Shown here piece by piece: positions 11,695 to 23,429 of a DNA stretch of 64,000 bases. The position numbers and the translations under genes are program-made. Within the stretch, counting starts at the first letter, position 1; every line of letters begins with the position of its first letter. Source of the DNA: Octopus vulgaris (lineage: Eukaryota); assembly GCA_951406725.2 (NCBI GenBank), contig OX597816.1:125798001-125862000 (forward strand), given 5' to 3'. The notes beneath the pieces are model-generated. The model had not been told where the DNA came from and made no database searches. It saw only the letters and a program-made list of their open reading frames with translations.

Positions 11695-12403
11695 GCGAGA
11701 ATGAAGCAACAAGAATGGATAGGTTGCTGAATGGATGCCCTTCCCTTTTCTATTCTATACAGCTCTAGTAAGCCCTTCAGCCTTTAAAAGTTAAATAGCT
11801 ACAGCCTCTTGTAAATAGCAGTAATGTGATTAATGTGGCAAATACCTAATCATATAGCAAGAATTGATACCTACCTCATTGTGTTCAACCATTGATAAAT
11901 TTATCGCCTGTGAATATGAAATTCCTTGAAATTTACACCTACACCATTGGAAATTGTGCATCTATACAAAGGATTAATTCACCCTCTCTGTAATGCTAAT
12001 AAGCAGGAATTGAAACCCACCTCGTTGTAATTAACAATGGATAAATTTGTCTTCTGTGAGTATGTAATCCCTCATCATATCTCTGGAAATTCATATGTGC
12101 ACTATGAATTAGGTCACCTTCTCTGTGATGCTATTAAGACTTTTTTAAAATTCTGTGATAAGACTGTACATCATCTTTAAAGAACTTTAATGAACTTTTG
12201 AAATTGTTTATGTTACTTAATTATCTACATTACTTCATGAGTATAGCCTCAACCACTAGGATGTCTAGAGAACTCACATGTATTTTAGCTGATGAGTACG
12301 GGACACGTTTATATGCTGTAATTTTTGCAACTTTTAATAAAACCTGTCCTTGTATGAAACGATTGTACTAAAAACCTATCCATTCTTGTTGCTTCATTCT
12401 CGC
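11695..12403 (+). mobile_element. Non-autonomous element with 31-bp inverted ends, an internal ~145-bp tandem duplication and a hammerhead ribozyme
   Basis: gcgagaatgaagcaacaagaatggataggtt (11695-11725) is the perfect reverse complement of 12373-12403; the element ends in (TA)n. Confidence 0.75.
12283..12373 (+). ncRNA. Type I hammerhead ribozyme
   Basis: Stem I TTTTAG/CTAAAA; core CTGATGA (12289-95); stem II GTACGGGACA../..TGTCCTTGTAT with a long loop; GAAAC (12356-60); minimal stem III with GATT loop; GTA cleavage triplet (12365-67). Confidence 0.8.

Positions 12404-12404
<1 letters not shown>

Positions 12405-12455
<51 letters not shown>
12405..12455. repeat. (TA)n microsatellite between two hammerhead-bearing element ends
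   Basis: Directly visible. Confidence 0.95.
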
Positions 12456-12459
<4 letters not shown>

Positions 12460-12522
12460 TAACAGAATGAGATAAAAAAAATCCAAGGCTGTGAAAGATT
12501 TCATAACATTTATAAAGAGAAG

Positions 12523-12570
12523 GTCTTACAGCTGCTTCCGAGATATTTTATATATCCCATCATCGGAGAC
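12523..12570 (-). ncRNA. Variant/degenerate type I hammerhead in a PLE 3' terminus
   Basis: Minus strand GTCT-CCGATGA-TGGGATAT ATAAA ATATCTC-GGAAGC-AGCT-GTA-AGAC: stems I and II and a palindromic AGCT loop are present, but the core has substitutions. Confidence 0.55.
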
Positions 12571-12970
12571 GGTGCGAGAAAATGGTTAAGCAATAGTTAT
12601 TCTAGCGATATGAAATAGAGAGGAAATTGGAGGAATGAAAATAGACGTGAGATATGCAGGGATACTGTATCTGCGGTTCCATTATTTAAGCAGAATGGTA
12701 TACTTATAAGTTTCCTGTGCCTTGTGTGAAAGTTACAGTAGTATTTAAAATTGGTCATTCCAAGCATAGAGTTTGTAAACCGTGTTATTGGATCGAGGGT
12801 TTTTTTGAAGTGACTTAAAAGTTGGGAATGTATTTGTAAAGTGAAATCAAAAACAGGAAGAGAGAAAGAAAAAAGAAAAAAGCGGGGAGAAAGATGATAA
12901 AGAATTGAAGAGAGGGAAAGTGTACTGGCTAGTGGTCAGTCAGGAGAAATTGGTAGAAGTAATAGGGAGT

Positions 12971-13002
<32 letters not shown>

Positions 13003-13159
13003 GATATGAGTGTGTAAAGGGATGAGAGGGTAAAGAGTAAAGGAGTGTAAGGTATGTAATGATAGAGCCTAGGTGAAGGGCAGAGAGAGTGGGGGAGGGG
13101 TAGTAAAATGGGGAATGAAGAATTTGGGAATATAGGTTAGGTTGCTTAGAGGACAGGTC

Positions 13160-13965
13160 AGTGCTTAGTGGGAGAATATATATATATGTGAAGATTATAC
13201 ACATGCATATATTAGACATGTATATAGACATTCACACACATCAACACATACATAGGCATACAAAACTCATGCATGTTACATGCATCCCCGTATATACACA
13301 CTCCTTGGTATCTAATCTTTACATATATAAAAATTCTTGCATACATAGAGGCATGCATGTAGACTTGCACATACGTATAATTGTATGTGCGTGTACACAT
13401 ATATACACGCACGCACGCATATACACGTACCACACATACTCATATATAAATTCGTGCTTATATAAAATATCTATACCTAGAATCACATAAATTCACATAT
13501 ACCCGCTTGTATTCCTATAAATGCATACATATTTATTTCTTTATTGCCCACAGGGGGCTAAACATAGAGGGAACAAACAAAAAGGCATACATATACACGC
13601 GCAACACGCGTATGTACGCATACACATATATACCCGTGTATATACATATATATATATACACACCTACATACGTATGCAGACTAGTACATAATGCATACAA
13701 ACGCATACATACACACGCATATGTATACACACACACATATATACCCATACATACCCATATACATCTATACACATACATAACACATACACATACATATATA
13801 TATGTATATACGCACACACATATATACGTGTATCTCTATGTAATATTATCCAAGCACACGCAGGTACATACACCTTGCATACATACATACATACATACAT
13901 ACATACATACATACATTCATACATGCGTACGTACATACGTATGTACGTATATATATACAAATATA
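13160..13965. repeat. Degenerate (CA/TA/TACA)n low-complexity array
   Basis: Directly visible. Confidence 0.9.
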
Positions 13966-15188
13966 ATTAAATGATTGTGATATTCATGTATGAAAGAGGA
14001 ATTAGGTAAGGATTAAGTGTTAAAATGTAGAATATAAGGTTATTGGGATTACCTAAGGTGTATTGTGGAAATATACTGTATGGTCGTTTAGGCATTTGGA
14101 TTTGTGGTAGAATTTGAATGTGTGAAAAAAGCGGTGGTTGCATGTGCTTAGTGCCTCGTTATGTTTATTTAGAAGTGTTGGAGAGTTGTACTCTAATATG
14201 TGAAGCGCCTCCTTCAGGCAAAGCTTGCAGATTGAGCGTTGACCTCGGTAGGGAAGCTCTGAATCCAGTATGGACCATGATAAAGTATGGGGTATATTTG
14301 TATTTTTGAGATGTAGTATGTGGTTAGCGAGTGTTGTAGATTTACTATGTTTATCGTATCTAAAAGAATGGAGGTGAGCGACATATCGCTGCTTAAAATT
14401 TTTGGTTGATCCTATGTATATGGCTGTAGAGTTGTGTAATAGATTAAGGACAGTGCATTTGTAAATTACATTATATCTTCTGCAATGAGTTTGTAATGGG
14501 CAGATGGTTCCCGAACGGCAGTATGGGTGAATTTTGGGGATTGTTATCAGGAATGGAGGAAGTAATATTGTAAGAGGAGAGGTTAGAGAAGGGGTAGAAA
14601 GGTCTAAATTATTAGTATTATTAACGTTACCATTACCATCATTGTTATTATTACTATTGTTGTTATTAATTGTACTATTTGTAAGAATGATAGAGATTGT
14701 GGTGGTGTTCCGGGTAGTGTCAGTAGGATGGGTTGGGTTGTGGTTTAATGTAAGGGTCTCTGTGTTAGAGCTGTGTGTGTGTTGAGCGTTCGTATGTCTA
14801 GAGTTGTAATTATGTGAGTTTTGATAGTAAAGAGAAATCTTTTGTTTATTAGAGGCTGCTACAATAGATTCGAAGTTGGGTGGGGCAGAATACCAGAGTT
14901 TCTGGGTGGATCTATTAAAGATAGAATGATATTTATGTTGCCGAGGGAAATTAGAGTCTAGTATTTTAAAGAAGGATTTAGCTAAGTTCTTAACATTAAG
15001 TAAGAATGGGGGTGTGTACCATAGAATAGAGCATCCGCCGCTTTTTTAAGGGTGTCTTGGAGTTGTGCTATCTAAGTTTTGAGATAAAGGAGTGCCATCT
15101 ATATTTTTGGAGAATGGAGGTGGGTGGCAAGGCCTGTTGTTAGCTGTTTTAGTTGTTTTAGTTTTTGAACTAGTGTGGGATCCAGGTT

Positions 15189-17420
15189 TTAATTTTGGTG
15201 CGAACTTCTTTATGAAGTGCAGCTCCATTGTTTTTCGGAAGTTTGGGTCGTTCCTTAAGCATTTGTAGAAAGGTAAGATTTTGTATTTTCCTTCTTCACA
15301 TATTTCCAAATGTTTACTAAGTGGAATTTTCCGTAGCTCCTCATGTCGGATGTGTTGTCTGTGGATTCTTGCGCGTTGGCAAAGGGAATTATTGTTTTCG
15401 CCAATATGATTCTCCTTCCATTTGGAGCAAGTAATGCAGTATATGAGCTTTTGGTTTCGCAGTTCATATTTGCATTTACTTTGAATAAGAATTCACTCTC
15501 TATATATTTGTAGTTGTTGTTATTGTATATTCCACATCTTCTGTCTCTATATTCCTTTACGGAGAATTTTGTTTCATTCTTTGATGTGAATTTTGCCCCT
15601 GTAAGTTGTTTTTCAAGTTTTTTCCTGGCGTTTACAATTTCACAGGTAGCTTTTGTCTACCAGTTTTCTCATTTTGGGGCGCTGTAAAGTATAGGTAGGT
15701 TTGAGTGTATAACGTGGAAAATATTGGTTATTCCAGTGATGTATGTGTTAATAAATGGAATACTAAGTTCCTTACTTTTTTTGGGGGGGAGTCCTATGTT
15801 ATGTGATGTCTAATTTCATTGCTTTCGAGATTCCGTTATTTATAAGTTCCACAGGGTAATTTTGTTCTTGTAAGAAACTTTTGAGTTCATGAAGTCTAAT
15901 TTGGCGTATTTGTGAGTCAGTTACTATGGTACAGATGCGTCTTTCCATACTGTATGGAATGTTCCTTTTGAAGTGTGAGGGGTAGCAAGAGTAGAAATTT
16001 AAATATTGGTGGGTGTCTGTAAAATGTGTCTATTGTGACAGTGGAGTTGTTTATTTTGATGCGAATGTTTAGGAATGGTAGTTCATTGTAGCTGGTTTCT
16101 GTGGTGAATTTGATAGATGGGTGCAGTGTGTTGTGAAATGTTTGTAGGTCTTCCTTTGGTCTATTCTAAAAAGTGAAGCAGTCACGAGGTAGCGCTTCCA
16201 CTTTTTCATCATGTTTTCCTTGAAGTTGTGATCAAAGGTTTTTCCTACTTCTTCGTAAAGTCTACCTTTAAGGTAAACCATAACTAGCTTGGCATATGAG
16301 GGAACAAATTTCGTACCCATAGTCGTGTCCTTTAACTATCGGTATATCTTATCAATTCTGAAGGTGTTTTCTTCTAGTACTAGATGAGTGGCTTTGGTAA
16401 TGAAGGCTATTTTGAAACGTTCATCTATACATCCTCTGTATTTCTCTACCCAGTGTTTGACTGCTTCCAGGTCTAAGGTATGCGGCATGTTGGTGTAGCG
16501 GTTAGTGACAGCAAAACTTGTAAGTATAGTACCTCCTGGGACAGTAGTTGGGATGTGTTTGAGAAAGTCCATGTTATCCCTATATAGCTAGATATTAATG
16601 GACATAAGGGTTTGAGGAGTATGTATAAGAGGCGAATCAGTTGTTGTGTTGGGTTTGGGGCCCAGAAACTATCGGTCTCATTTTGAGGTCTGTGTATTTT
16701 TACGTATTGACTCCTCTATTCATTTATGGCCCTCTGTGTCTCGGAACTTTTGTGGATTTGGGGCAATCCATAGAAATTGCTCTCTTTGATTATGGAGTTG
16801 CATAGGTAGTCCTTTTCTCTTTACATGTGAAGGAATCCTGGTATTCGTTAATTAATGTTCTGATTTTATTCAGTGTTGTTTTTTCCGGGTATCTTGATTC
16901 TTCCTTATAGTCTATTTGATCTGTTAAAATTTATAGTATCGTTTCTCTGTAGTAGTCTATGTCCATGATTACTATCATTCCACCCTTGTTGGCTGCCGTT
17001 AGGATGATTGAATTGTCGTTCTTTAGTCTTTGTAAAGCTTCCTTTTCTCCTTCATGAAGGTTCTGTTTGCATTTATGGGTACTAAGAGGGAATTTTGAGA
17101 TTGTTTCTATATATGTATTCAGGTGTTTATCGCTTCCCTTGTAAGAGGTGAACTGAGATTTTTTCTTACGATTGATTCGTCCTCTATTTTCTTGTTGTCG
17201 AATAATTCTATAAGACGGAGGTGACGGTTGAAGTTCTCAATATCGGTTTTTAGTTCTATGAGATTCCGAGTGGGTGTCGGGGTAAATTTGAAACCTTTTA
17301 GTAAGAAACTCATTTCATTTTCGTTGAGGTCTCTATTTGATAAATTCATAATTTTAGGCTCAATGTGTTTTGTGGGTTCATTAGGAACTTCTGTTGTATT
17401 GGATCTGGAGCGCAGTTGTA
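15189..17420 (-). mobile_element. Penelope-like element A: RT plus GIY-YIG pseudogene
   Basis: NLSNRDLNENEMSFLLKGFKFTPTP, AANKGGMIVIMD (ADKG-like), FYGLPQIHK, DFLKHIP..ILTSFAVTNRYTNMPH, GTKFVPSYAKLVM, WKRY, and C-terminal FIKKFAPKL; multiple frameshifts and stops. Confidence 0.9.
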
Positions 17421-17573
17421 GTATATATATATATATATATATATATATAACATCCTATTTCTGTATGACCTGATACTGAAGTAAATAGTACAAACGCGAA
17501 ATCGGTCGACTATCATAATATTCTATTTGTTAAAATATATTAACAAAATATAGATTGTGTGCATTTTCCTCCT

Positions 17574-17612
<39 letters not shown>

Positions 17613-17614
<2 letters not shown>

Positions 17615-17714
17615 TCCGCCGAGGTTGACTTTGTCTTTCATCCTTTGAGGGTCGATAAATTAAGTACCAGTGAAATACTGGGGTCGATGTAATCGACTAG
17701 TCCCCCGCCCCAAA
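17613..17714 (+). mobile_element. SINE family A, partial copy in (TA)n
   Basis: ttccgccgaggttgactttgtctttcatcctttgagggtcgataaattaagtaccag...gtcgatgtaatcgactag. Confidence 0.8.
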
Positions 17715-20700
17715 TATATATATATATCATAAAGACATACACGTTATTTGCATGTACTCACAGACACGATAAAACCAAGTTCTAGAATAGTATATTCTCG
17801 CCAGAATGTGTAATGCTGAAAACTAAAATTCTAGTACAAATTGCTTATATAATCTCTTTAGTAACGCTTTCTTTTACCAAATAATAACTTACTGAGTAGT
17901 AGCATATATTTATGAGCATGAATAAAATAAATACCAATAAAGTACTTAAAAAACTATTCAAACTCATGAGAACAAGGAATACGATTCTAACATCTCCATC
18001 TCTTAATACAAATTGTGACAAAGTTTGTAACTATCTAATAAGGAAAATTTGCATTTATATATTTCAATAAGGTATTCTAATAGAAATCTACAATAATAGA
18101 TGGTAAATATGATTTGCATTTGCCTTTTGTGTCACAAATATATTTCAGTAAATAAGTTAGATAACAGAAATATTAAATGTGCAACTGTGTTGAGAATTTA
18201 GTTAAATATGTTTACATTATCAATGAAAATATAAAAGCAGCAAATTTTATTGAGTGATATCATTTTTATTGACATTAATATAAAATACATGTTTTTTTTT
18301 TGTTTTTTTTGTAACTTTATTATTGTCAGTGTATTAGAGAACTCCTTTTTTGCATTAACAGAATGATTTAATATTGCATGCACTTCCATATTTTGTTACA
18401 AGATATGTATAACTTCGTGTGGTCTATATATATGGTCGCCATGTTTCATTTTTTTTATATATTATAAGACAGTGAGAGAACACCCAGAAAGTTTTCATTA
18501 AAACAGGAAAAATATATGGAATCAAGAAAATAAATTTCAATTTCCATATAGTATATCGTTAACTAAAATTTAAAAGAAAACAACATTTGTATATGTTTAT
18601 CTTCACACTTTAAAAACAGATTTAACAAATAACAGTTGTTTCATATTCTGTAAATTTCCCATTCTAGCTCTCAAAATTTTCCCCCATGAACATTTACCTA
18701 ATACTTGATTGAAACCAATAACAAATGAAGATATATATATATATATATATTACACATATATATATACATATACAATAACACAGAGTATTAATATAGGAAT
18801 ACCAACATTTTTACATGTTTTGAACAAAAAAATAAGAGACATTGCATAGCTGCCAACTTTCTAAAAATTAATATTAAAAAAAAGGAAACACAAAATCTTA
18901 TGCAAAGCCAACTATTTAAGTCCTATTTCAAAGCAAATATTTTTAGTCTTTATTTTCGCTAGTATTTAAATTTAATGCAAACAGTCGAAATGGAATTTTT
19001 TGATGTTATAATGTTATAGAATGAAATGAAAATAAAAAAAAGTGTTAAAAATAATAGTTGGATGTTGCATGATTGAAAATAAATATTTTTTAAAAAGTAA
19101 TATGCAAAACAAAAAGACATCTTAACACTCATGAGAAACATGCCAAAACATTCTTTAGTAGACAAGTTAGCAGTTTTATTGTTATACATATTAACATTTC
19201 TTCTTTCTGCTATAAAGAACTGATACATCTTTCCTACCACAATAACTATATTTTGGTTACAACTGCAATGAAACCTTATGTAGATCTGTCCACACATAAT
19301 TTTGAGGTTGCCACCCCTTTAGTTTTAGACTTCAACAGAGAGGAAATGATACCTATTGCAGTTCATTATAGAAGTTACAAAGACCCACAGTAAAAAATAT
19401 AGCTACACAGCAACTTTAATCTTGTGACTGGAGCAAAAAATATGAATTTGCTGACCAAACAATATTCTACTAATTTAACAAAATGTCTAATGGATAATGT
19501 TAGTGATACTAATATTAGATATAAAATTAACTGATTAGATGTATATGTAATTGAAATTGATGAAAACGTGGGGTTTTAAGTTAATGCAAGACAATCATTG
19601 TCATATATTTTCCATTAACACAAGGCATGAATTCTATGAAACCAAATCTCAGCTTGGAATTTAAATAGAATATGGCTTTGATGAAATTGTATTATAACAC
19701 TAGAAAAATTTTAATTTAAGAAAAACATAAACTTCATATATTGTAAAATACTTATAGGTAATTTGCAGCTTTCGATCATTCAATCGTAACTAGTATCTTT
19801 TGCATCAATAAAAAAGAACTGACTTAAGCTTTCAGCATGGATTCCTTTTAAAAACATTTTAATACAACACCCTTCGTGTTACATTTTATAACAGGACATT
19901 ATTACACTTTCATTAACACATTTCCTCTATTTCAAAAGGAAATATTTGATAAAATCAATTCAAACCAATAAATTTAGAAAACAAATATTGATGATAACAA
20001 TAACAATACAGTATATAAAATACTGCATATCCACATGAATTAGGAAGATATCTAAAATAAAAATGATGTCCAGCTTATATGTATTTTCCAGTATAATAAC
20101 TATAAATGCCTGAAGGTAACATAAAATGTTTGGCGAGATTGTAATATTACATATACAGATATAATACACACACAAGCACATGAGAGGTGTCTGAGTGTAT
20201 GTTGTGGACATTTATGTGTATGAAAACAGCACTCAATAAATTGAGTAGAGTTCATATTTCATAGTATACTGTTAATGATTCAGTCTTTCATTACTCAGCT
20301 TCACACACATACAAATTATATGCATGATCTTTCAAATATCCTATATGTGCGCATGTGTGTGTGTGTGTATATATATACATACATATATATATATACATAC
20401 ATATATATATATACATATATATACACATATACATATATATATACACATATACGCACATATATACACATATATACATACACACACGTATGTATATCTAGAT
20501 GGTCCTGATTACTCTGACATTATGAATTAACAACTCTTTCAGTCAAATAATGTTTCAGCAGCCATCACTTACAAATAGAAACAGACAATAACAATAGTTA
20601 CAAATCATGTTTGATTAAATGCTTGTTGTGTGAAAGTATTGGTTAAAGTAAAAAGAAAAAAGGAATGTTCTAAACATTATTTAACTATCAAGTGACAGTT

Positions 20701-23362
20701 CAGCAATATATGCACAAATGAGAGCTTATGAAACAGTGTTCAATTAGGAAAGTAAAACACTAAGAATAAAACATATTTTCAAATGACACTATTGTTTGGT
20801 CTATGAAAACTGTAGTAAAAAATTCTATTAAACATCAAAATAAAAATTAATTAAAGAATAATAGAATATTTATACATTTTGTATGTGTGAGTAACAGATA
20901 AACTTCTTTAAGCTATATCATGACTGAAGTATATTAAACTTATGTTTAAATCATTTTTTGAAGAATTCCCTTATATGAAAAGGCTACATCCATAGATACT
21001 ATATGCACGTGTGTGTATGTGTTTTGTAATAAATATACTAACCTCAACTGAAACTATCTAAATTTGTTATAAAATAAATAAGTTTCAAAGCACAGAATCA
21101 CCTCACAGATTCAAACCACAACCTTTGGTCTAAAAACTTAAAACTATAAATTATACGGCTGTTTCATGGTTTTCATCACATATATATATAAATGAAATGA
21201 TGAGTCAACATATATTTCTTACAGTATAACAACTGTGTTATACTGAAAGTGAAAAGTAGTAGGTAAATTAATTTGAACCTGCAGACAAGTTTTCTTTGCA
21301 TTTGAATTCCACAATTTAAAATGAAATTTTATTGCTAAAACTATCACATTGCTTTTCATAGAAAACATTTATATATGTATATAAAATAAAGAAGTTATAA
21401 GTAAAAACTGATTAAAACTATATTGAATCTTTTTAAAAAGAAAGGCAATGAGAAATTAACAACAGTAATGTGATTAATCAACAGATTATTGGATTCTATT
21501 GGTCTTTATTATGAATTCCATATACTCAGTTTTACATATTTGAGTATTGGGGAAATGAATAATCTCTTTAATTGCTTAATTAATAATTGATAAATAAATT
21601 AAGACTGCAAATAGTGTTAATTATCTCACATTTCTAATGGTAATATATGTATAATGAAGTATCTTAAGATAAGTTATAATAGTGGGGGACAGCAGTCTTA
21701 TAAGTGAAAAAAAATGTATTCTGACAAGTTTCATATCAAAGTATACTGCTAACTTATTTCAAAGAAATTTAACCAAGAGTTTAGTGACACTTGAAACAAT
21801 GTGATGATGACTAAAAAGAAAGAATATTTGATTTTCATAAAGGTGAGATTTTACCACATAAACTACCAATGATAATCTTTTCAGGAGTATCTGTTAAATT
21901 TCCTGTGCCTGCAGATATCGTTACATTTACTAAGAGGAGGAATTCTTATCTAATGCCATCCACTATTCAGGATGAGCATGTAAAATTTATAAAGAGTTAT
22001 CTAATCTATAGGCTGAAAAATATGAAAATAACAATCATAGATATTTTATTATGTTTAGAAAATTTATCATATTACATAAAATGCTAAAAAAAAAGTGAAT
22101 TTACTACATATGTAAAATAATTTATATGTATTTAATGTTATGTATGCATGTAAATTTTCAGTGATATATAATTTTCAAAAGCTTTCTTCCAATAACTGTG
22201 TGATTTGAATTTACATTGTTTTCACCTAATTAATTTCAAAAGATTTTTTATGGCTAAATTATATTTTTGTGGAGCAAAGTGATTTACATATGAACACTAA
22301 ATATTTTATTGACTATAGAGGTATAATAGGAAAATTTCAAACCTGGCAGGATTAGAAATAGGAAGAGTGAGCACTGAAATAGTATCATAAAGTAACTAGT
22401 CCAATTGTCTATCAATTATGCCAACACACTTCCCTAATGTTCAAATGATACTGAACACTTTTGTAAATAAATTTACTGTAATAAACCAAAATATCTATTC
22501 TCATTGCAGTAGACATATTCATTAATCATTTGGAATAATGATGCTTAAATCCTGTATACAATCACAATTTCTGCCTTGATAAATCTTTATGAGCAATTAT
22601 CAATATTTGTATTTATCTGTTTAAAAGTTTAATTTCATTCGTTGTTTACGCTCACCTTTTTAATCATTTATCTTACAAATTTAACAAATAAATTCATATG
22701 CATGATACATGGTAAGTTGGCATTTTTACATCATATATTCAAGCTTAATTTTCCAGTGATATTGTGTGTATATATATCAAAATCTTATGCATGTATACAA
22801 ACTCACATACACACACACATACATATATTTATGTAGAAATGTAAAATCCCATGCTCATAAACATATTTTCAGTGGTTGTTATAAAGTAAATATAAACTTC
22901 AACAAAAATCAGTATAATTTGAATATCATACATAATGTCATTTCTTAATCATTAATTTCATTCAACATCAGTATATTTGCTCAACATTTTTTTTTTTAGA
23001 GAACAGCATCATTGTTTACAGATATTAAGTTTTACAAAATAACTTGTGGATGTTACTTTTCGAGCATTTCCATGGTTTCCAGATTTTGTTTCTTGTTTTT
23101 ATTCCTTCTTTTTAAGAAGTTTTAGCCCAAAAGTTTTAAAGGCCTTTAATTTAAGATGGCAGTAAAGAGGTTGTGTAAAACGAAATAACTCAATTTTTTA
23201 AAAAATGTTTCCTGTTGAATTTTATCTGCCAGCTTTTTAAATGACAAACTGGTTTTAGGTTAAGAGGTCACTTTTTCTGCAAAGTTCATCACATGAAAGT
23301 CCATAATTTCTTGAAATATTACGCAGACTACTAACATTAGAATTGTCTTCAATTTTTCTACT

Positions 23363-23429
23363 TCATTTGTCTCGTACCATTGGTCTTTCATCTGTTTCAC
23401 ATATAACTCTCAATCTGATCCATCCTGCC
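23363..23429 (-). CDS. 5-TM gene last coding exon Q (RAGWIRLRVICETDERPMVRDK*)
   Basis: ctctttttgctttgctgttatcag acceptor; TGA at 23365-23363. Confidence 0.83.

Larger units (their letters stand above)
12456..15188 (-). mobile_element. Penelope-like element B: RT C-terminus/linker, GIY-YIG endonuclease and long 3' tail (decayed)
   Basis: Manual translation: ILWYTPPFLLNVKNLAKSFFKILDSNFPRQHKYHSIFNRST..., VIYKCTV...IYIGSTKNFKQRYVAHLHSF, CKLCLKEAL, LLNKHNEALSTCNH (about 14120-15030). The tail carries microsatellites and the hammerhead-like motif; assigning the tail to this element is inference. Confidence 0.75.
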
